Below, piece by piece: positions 61,872 through 64,000 of a stretch of DNA of 64,000 nt. The DNA is from Parcubacteria group bacterium (GTDB lineage Bacteria > Patescibacteriota > Minisyncoccia > UBA6257 > UBA11618). The position numbers and the translations under genes were made by a program. Positions within the stretch are counted from its first letter, which is position 1; the number at the start of each line of letters is the position of its first letter. Under the pieces are notes generated by a model, which was not told the DNA's origin, made no database searches, and saw nothing but the letters and a program-made list of their open reading frames with translations. Location: the NCBI GenBank assembly GCA_943357895.1, contig CALRGO010000003.1, positions 15,389 through 79,388 on the forward strand. The letters are read 5' to 3'.

Positions 61872-63052
61872 AAATAAAAGTAGTCGTAGGTTTAGCTATA
61901 ATCACCTCAAGCGCGTGGGGATATTCGGCATTTAATGCCATGCGCTCGCACCCCACGGAACTGGCGCCGGAAATAGCTGCCATTGAAGAATCGCCTGAAG
62001 TTCTACCTACAGAGGCAGCTGCCACATTCGCCGGCGGATGCTTTTGGTGCACGGAAAACGATTTTGAAAAATTAGACGGTGTGCTCTATGCCGTATCCGG
62101 CTATACGGGCGGCACGGTCTCAAACCCTTCGTACAAACAGGTGTCCGGCGAAAATACGGGGCACCGTGAGGCCGTTAAAGTACATTATGACCCTCGGGTA
62201 GTTTCATACGACGAATTACTTGATTACTTTTGGCGGCACATCGACCCCACGGACCCAAACGGCCAGTTCGTCGATCAAGGGTCGTCGTACCGGAGCGGTA
62301 TTTTTTACCGAACTGAAACGGAGCGACTAAAAGCTGAGAAATCGAAGGCGACACTTACCGCAAGCGGTATATTCACTAAACCCATCGTAACGGAAATTAT
62401 ACCCGCCGGTGCGTTTTACGAAGCCGAAGACTATCATCAGGATTATTACAAGAAAAATCCCGTGCGCTACACCTATTACCGATCTGCGAGCGGGCGCGAT
62501 GCGTTCTTGGAAAAGAATTTTACGCCCGAATCAGTTGCAAAATACCAGGCGCTGCGGGAGAATGCGGTTATGGAACAATCAGCGAAACGGAAAGACGGAT
62601 ACTGCGGACCGTGCTTTGTAAAGTCAACGGACGCAGAGCTTAAAGCGAAACTGACGGACATCCAATATACCGTAACGCAAAAAGAAGGTACGGAATCGCC
62701 GTTTAAAAACGAATACGATAAAAATTATACGGACGGCATCTATGTGGATATCGTCTCCGGCGAACCCTTATTTTCCTCCAAAGATAAATTTGACTCCGGC
62801 ACCGGCTGGCCGAGCTTTGTGAAGCCATTAGCACCAGAAAATATCGTCGAAAAAACCGACTACTATCTCCTCTATCCGCGTACAGAAATACGAAGTCGGT
62901 GGGCAAATTCGCACTTAGGTCACCGCTTTAATGACGGCCCCGCCGCCCGCGGCGGCAAAAGATACTGCATGAATTCTGCCGCGCTGCGCTTTATTCCCAA
63001 AGCTGACTTAGAAAAAGAGGGATACGGGGAGTTTTCAGTGCTATTCCAATAA
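61862..63052 (+). CDS. msrAB: Exported bifunctional MsrA-MsrB
   Basis: N-terminal hydrophobic segment, GGCFWC, GWPSF, HLGH, RYCMNS. Confidence 0.95.
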   Translation: MGVKIKVVVGLAIITSSAWGYSAFNAMRSHPTELAPEIAAIEESPEVLPTEAAATFAGGCFWCTENDFEKLDGVLYAVSGYTGGTVSNPSYKQVSGENTGHREAVKVHYDPRVVSYDELLDYFWRHIDPTDPNGQFVDQGSSYRSGIFYRTETERLKAEKSKATLTASGIFTKPIVTEIIPAGAFYEAEDYHQDYYKKNPVRYTYYRSASGRDAFLEKNFTPESVAKYQALRENAVMEQSAKRKDGYCGPCFVKSTDAELKAKLTDIQYTVTQKEGTESPFKNEYDKNYTDGIYVDIVSGEPLFSSKDKFDSGTGWPSFVKPLAPENIVEKTDYYLLYPRTEIRSRWANSHLGHRFNDGPAARGGKRYCMNSAALRFIPKADLEKEGYGEFSVLFQ

Positions 63053-63057
63053 AAATA

Positions 63058-63090
63058 AAAAATACCCCGTCAAATGACGGGGTATTTTTT
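63058..63090. terminator. Bidirectional terminator
   Basis: aaaaataccccgtca-aa-tgacggggtattttt. Confidence 0.85.
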
Positions 63091-63097
63091 ATAGTAC

Positions 63098-63607
63098 CTA
63101 TTCCGTGACGGTTACCGTGCCGCCGAAGCTTTCGCCTACGTGATTGTGGTATTTCCAAACACCCACCTTGTTGAAAGTGAACGACCACTGACTACCGGCA
63201 GCCGAAGCTACGCACTGGTCGAACGATGCCGTAGAACCCGCAGCGCAATGCGTTTTGCGATCCGTACCGTCGTAGCCCGCGTGCGTCGGATGCTCGTTAC
63301 CCGCAACCCACATACCGCCTGAGCTTATGTTCGTCCACATGACAGCCTCGCCCTCTTTTACCGTAACGTTCGCGGGCGAAAAACCCGCCAAGGAATACGT
63401 AACCGAAGCCGGACCCGTTACTTCTATTTTCTGCGCAGGATCCGCAGGCGCGCCACCCGTAACGGAATCAAGGGCGCTTACCGTACCTATCTGCCCCGCC
63501 GTGCTCGTTTGCGACTGCATCTCCCCTGCGCGTGGCCTGAAAAATTCCCACCCGAGGTAGATAACCACTACTACGATAACCACATACCAAAGTTTTTTCA
63601 TATGCAT
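63098..63607 (-). CDS. Membrane-anchored cupredoxin-like protein
   Basis: FSPANVTVKEGEAVMWTN, HPTH, FTFNKVGVWKYHNH. Confidence 0.82.
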   Translation of the reverse strand: MHMKKLWYVVIVVVVIYLGWEFFRPRAGEMQSQTSTAGQIGTVSALDSVTGGAPADPAQKIEVTGPASVTYSLAGFSPANVTVKEGEAVMWTNISSGGMWVAGNEHPTHAGYDGTDRKTHCAAGSTASFDQCVASAAGSQWSFTFNKVGVWKYHNHVGESFGGTVTVTE

Positions 63608-63613
63608 AGTATA

Positions 63614-64000
63614 TTATTCGCGAATGGCGTTTGCAACTGCGGGGACGACGGCCTTATTAAACGGATCAGGGAGAATATTTTCTGGGGTTGGGTTAGGCAC
63701 AAGCCCTGCTAAGGCTATAGCAGCATTTATAAGCATCGCGTCTGTAATTACACTGACTTTATTATCGAGCGCGCCACGAAAGACCCCCGGAAACACCAAA
63801 ACGTTATTTATTTGGTTGGGGAAGTCGCTACGGCCGGTTGCAACCACAAGCGCGCCCACTTCTTTTGCTACGTCGGGCATTATTTCGGGCACAGGGTTCG
63901 CGAGGCCGAAAACTATTGGCCGGTCTGCCATGCTTTTTACCATATCCCCCGTTACAATATCCGGTGCGCTCACGCCAACGAACACGTCCGATCCCTTCAT
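63614..64000 (-). CDS. NAD(P)-dependent malic enzyme, C-terminal part (5' end outside window)
   Basis: LANPVPEI, ATGRSDFPNQINN. Confidence 0.93.
   Translation of the reverse strand: MKGSDVFVGVSAPDIVTGDMVKSMADRPIVFGLANPVPEIMPDVAKEVGALVVATGRSDFPNQINNVLVFPGVFRGALDNKVSVITDAMLINAAIALAGLVPNPTPENILPDPFNKAVVPAVANAIRE

Overview
Chromosomal window of a Patescibacteria/CPR bacterium, probably Parcubacteria (~52% GC; TGA used as stop, so genetic code 11; taxonomy inferred from gene content and protein style). 1-12 kb: str/S10/spc ribosomal cluster (rpsL-rpsG-fusA-[Hint protein]-tuf-rpsJ-[orphan]-rplC...rplX-rplE). It is followed by housekeeping and envelope genes: tRNA-Ser, htpX/lemA, groES/EL, rmuC, cdaA, mutY/nth/truB/hpf, tmk-thyX-dcd, typA, a DEAD-box helicase, a MacAB-like ABC exporter, obg, ABC-F, msrA, pyk, uvrABC and a redox cluster (dsbB, Trx-like, MerT-like, msrAB, cupredoxin). 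No CRISPR array, prophage or transposase was seen. Most notable observations: (1) an unannotated 53-aa, 13-Cys metallothionein-like gene with its own promoter and a coupled small membrane peptide; (2) a secreted Cys-rich protein with a C-terminal Hint domain and a CxxC at the cleavage junction, inserted between fusA and tuf; (3) two copies of a DnaA-box plus 36-bp perfect palindrome with a compensatory base change; (4) two translation regimes, leaderless/short-leader core genes versus SD-led stand-alone cassettes enriched in nucleotide-metabolism enzymes; (5) strongly shortened uL3 and uL5; (6) several REP-like elements, one inserted in-frame in mutY. All calls come from reading the sequence and translations; no database searches were run.
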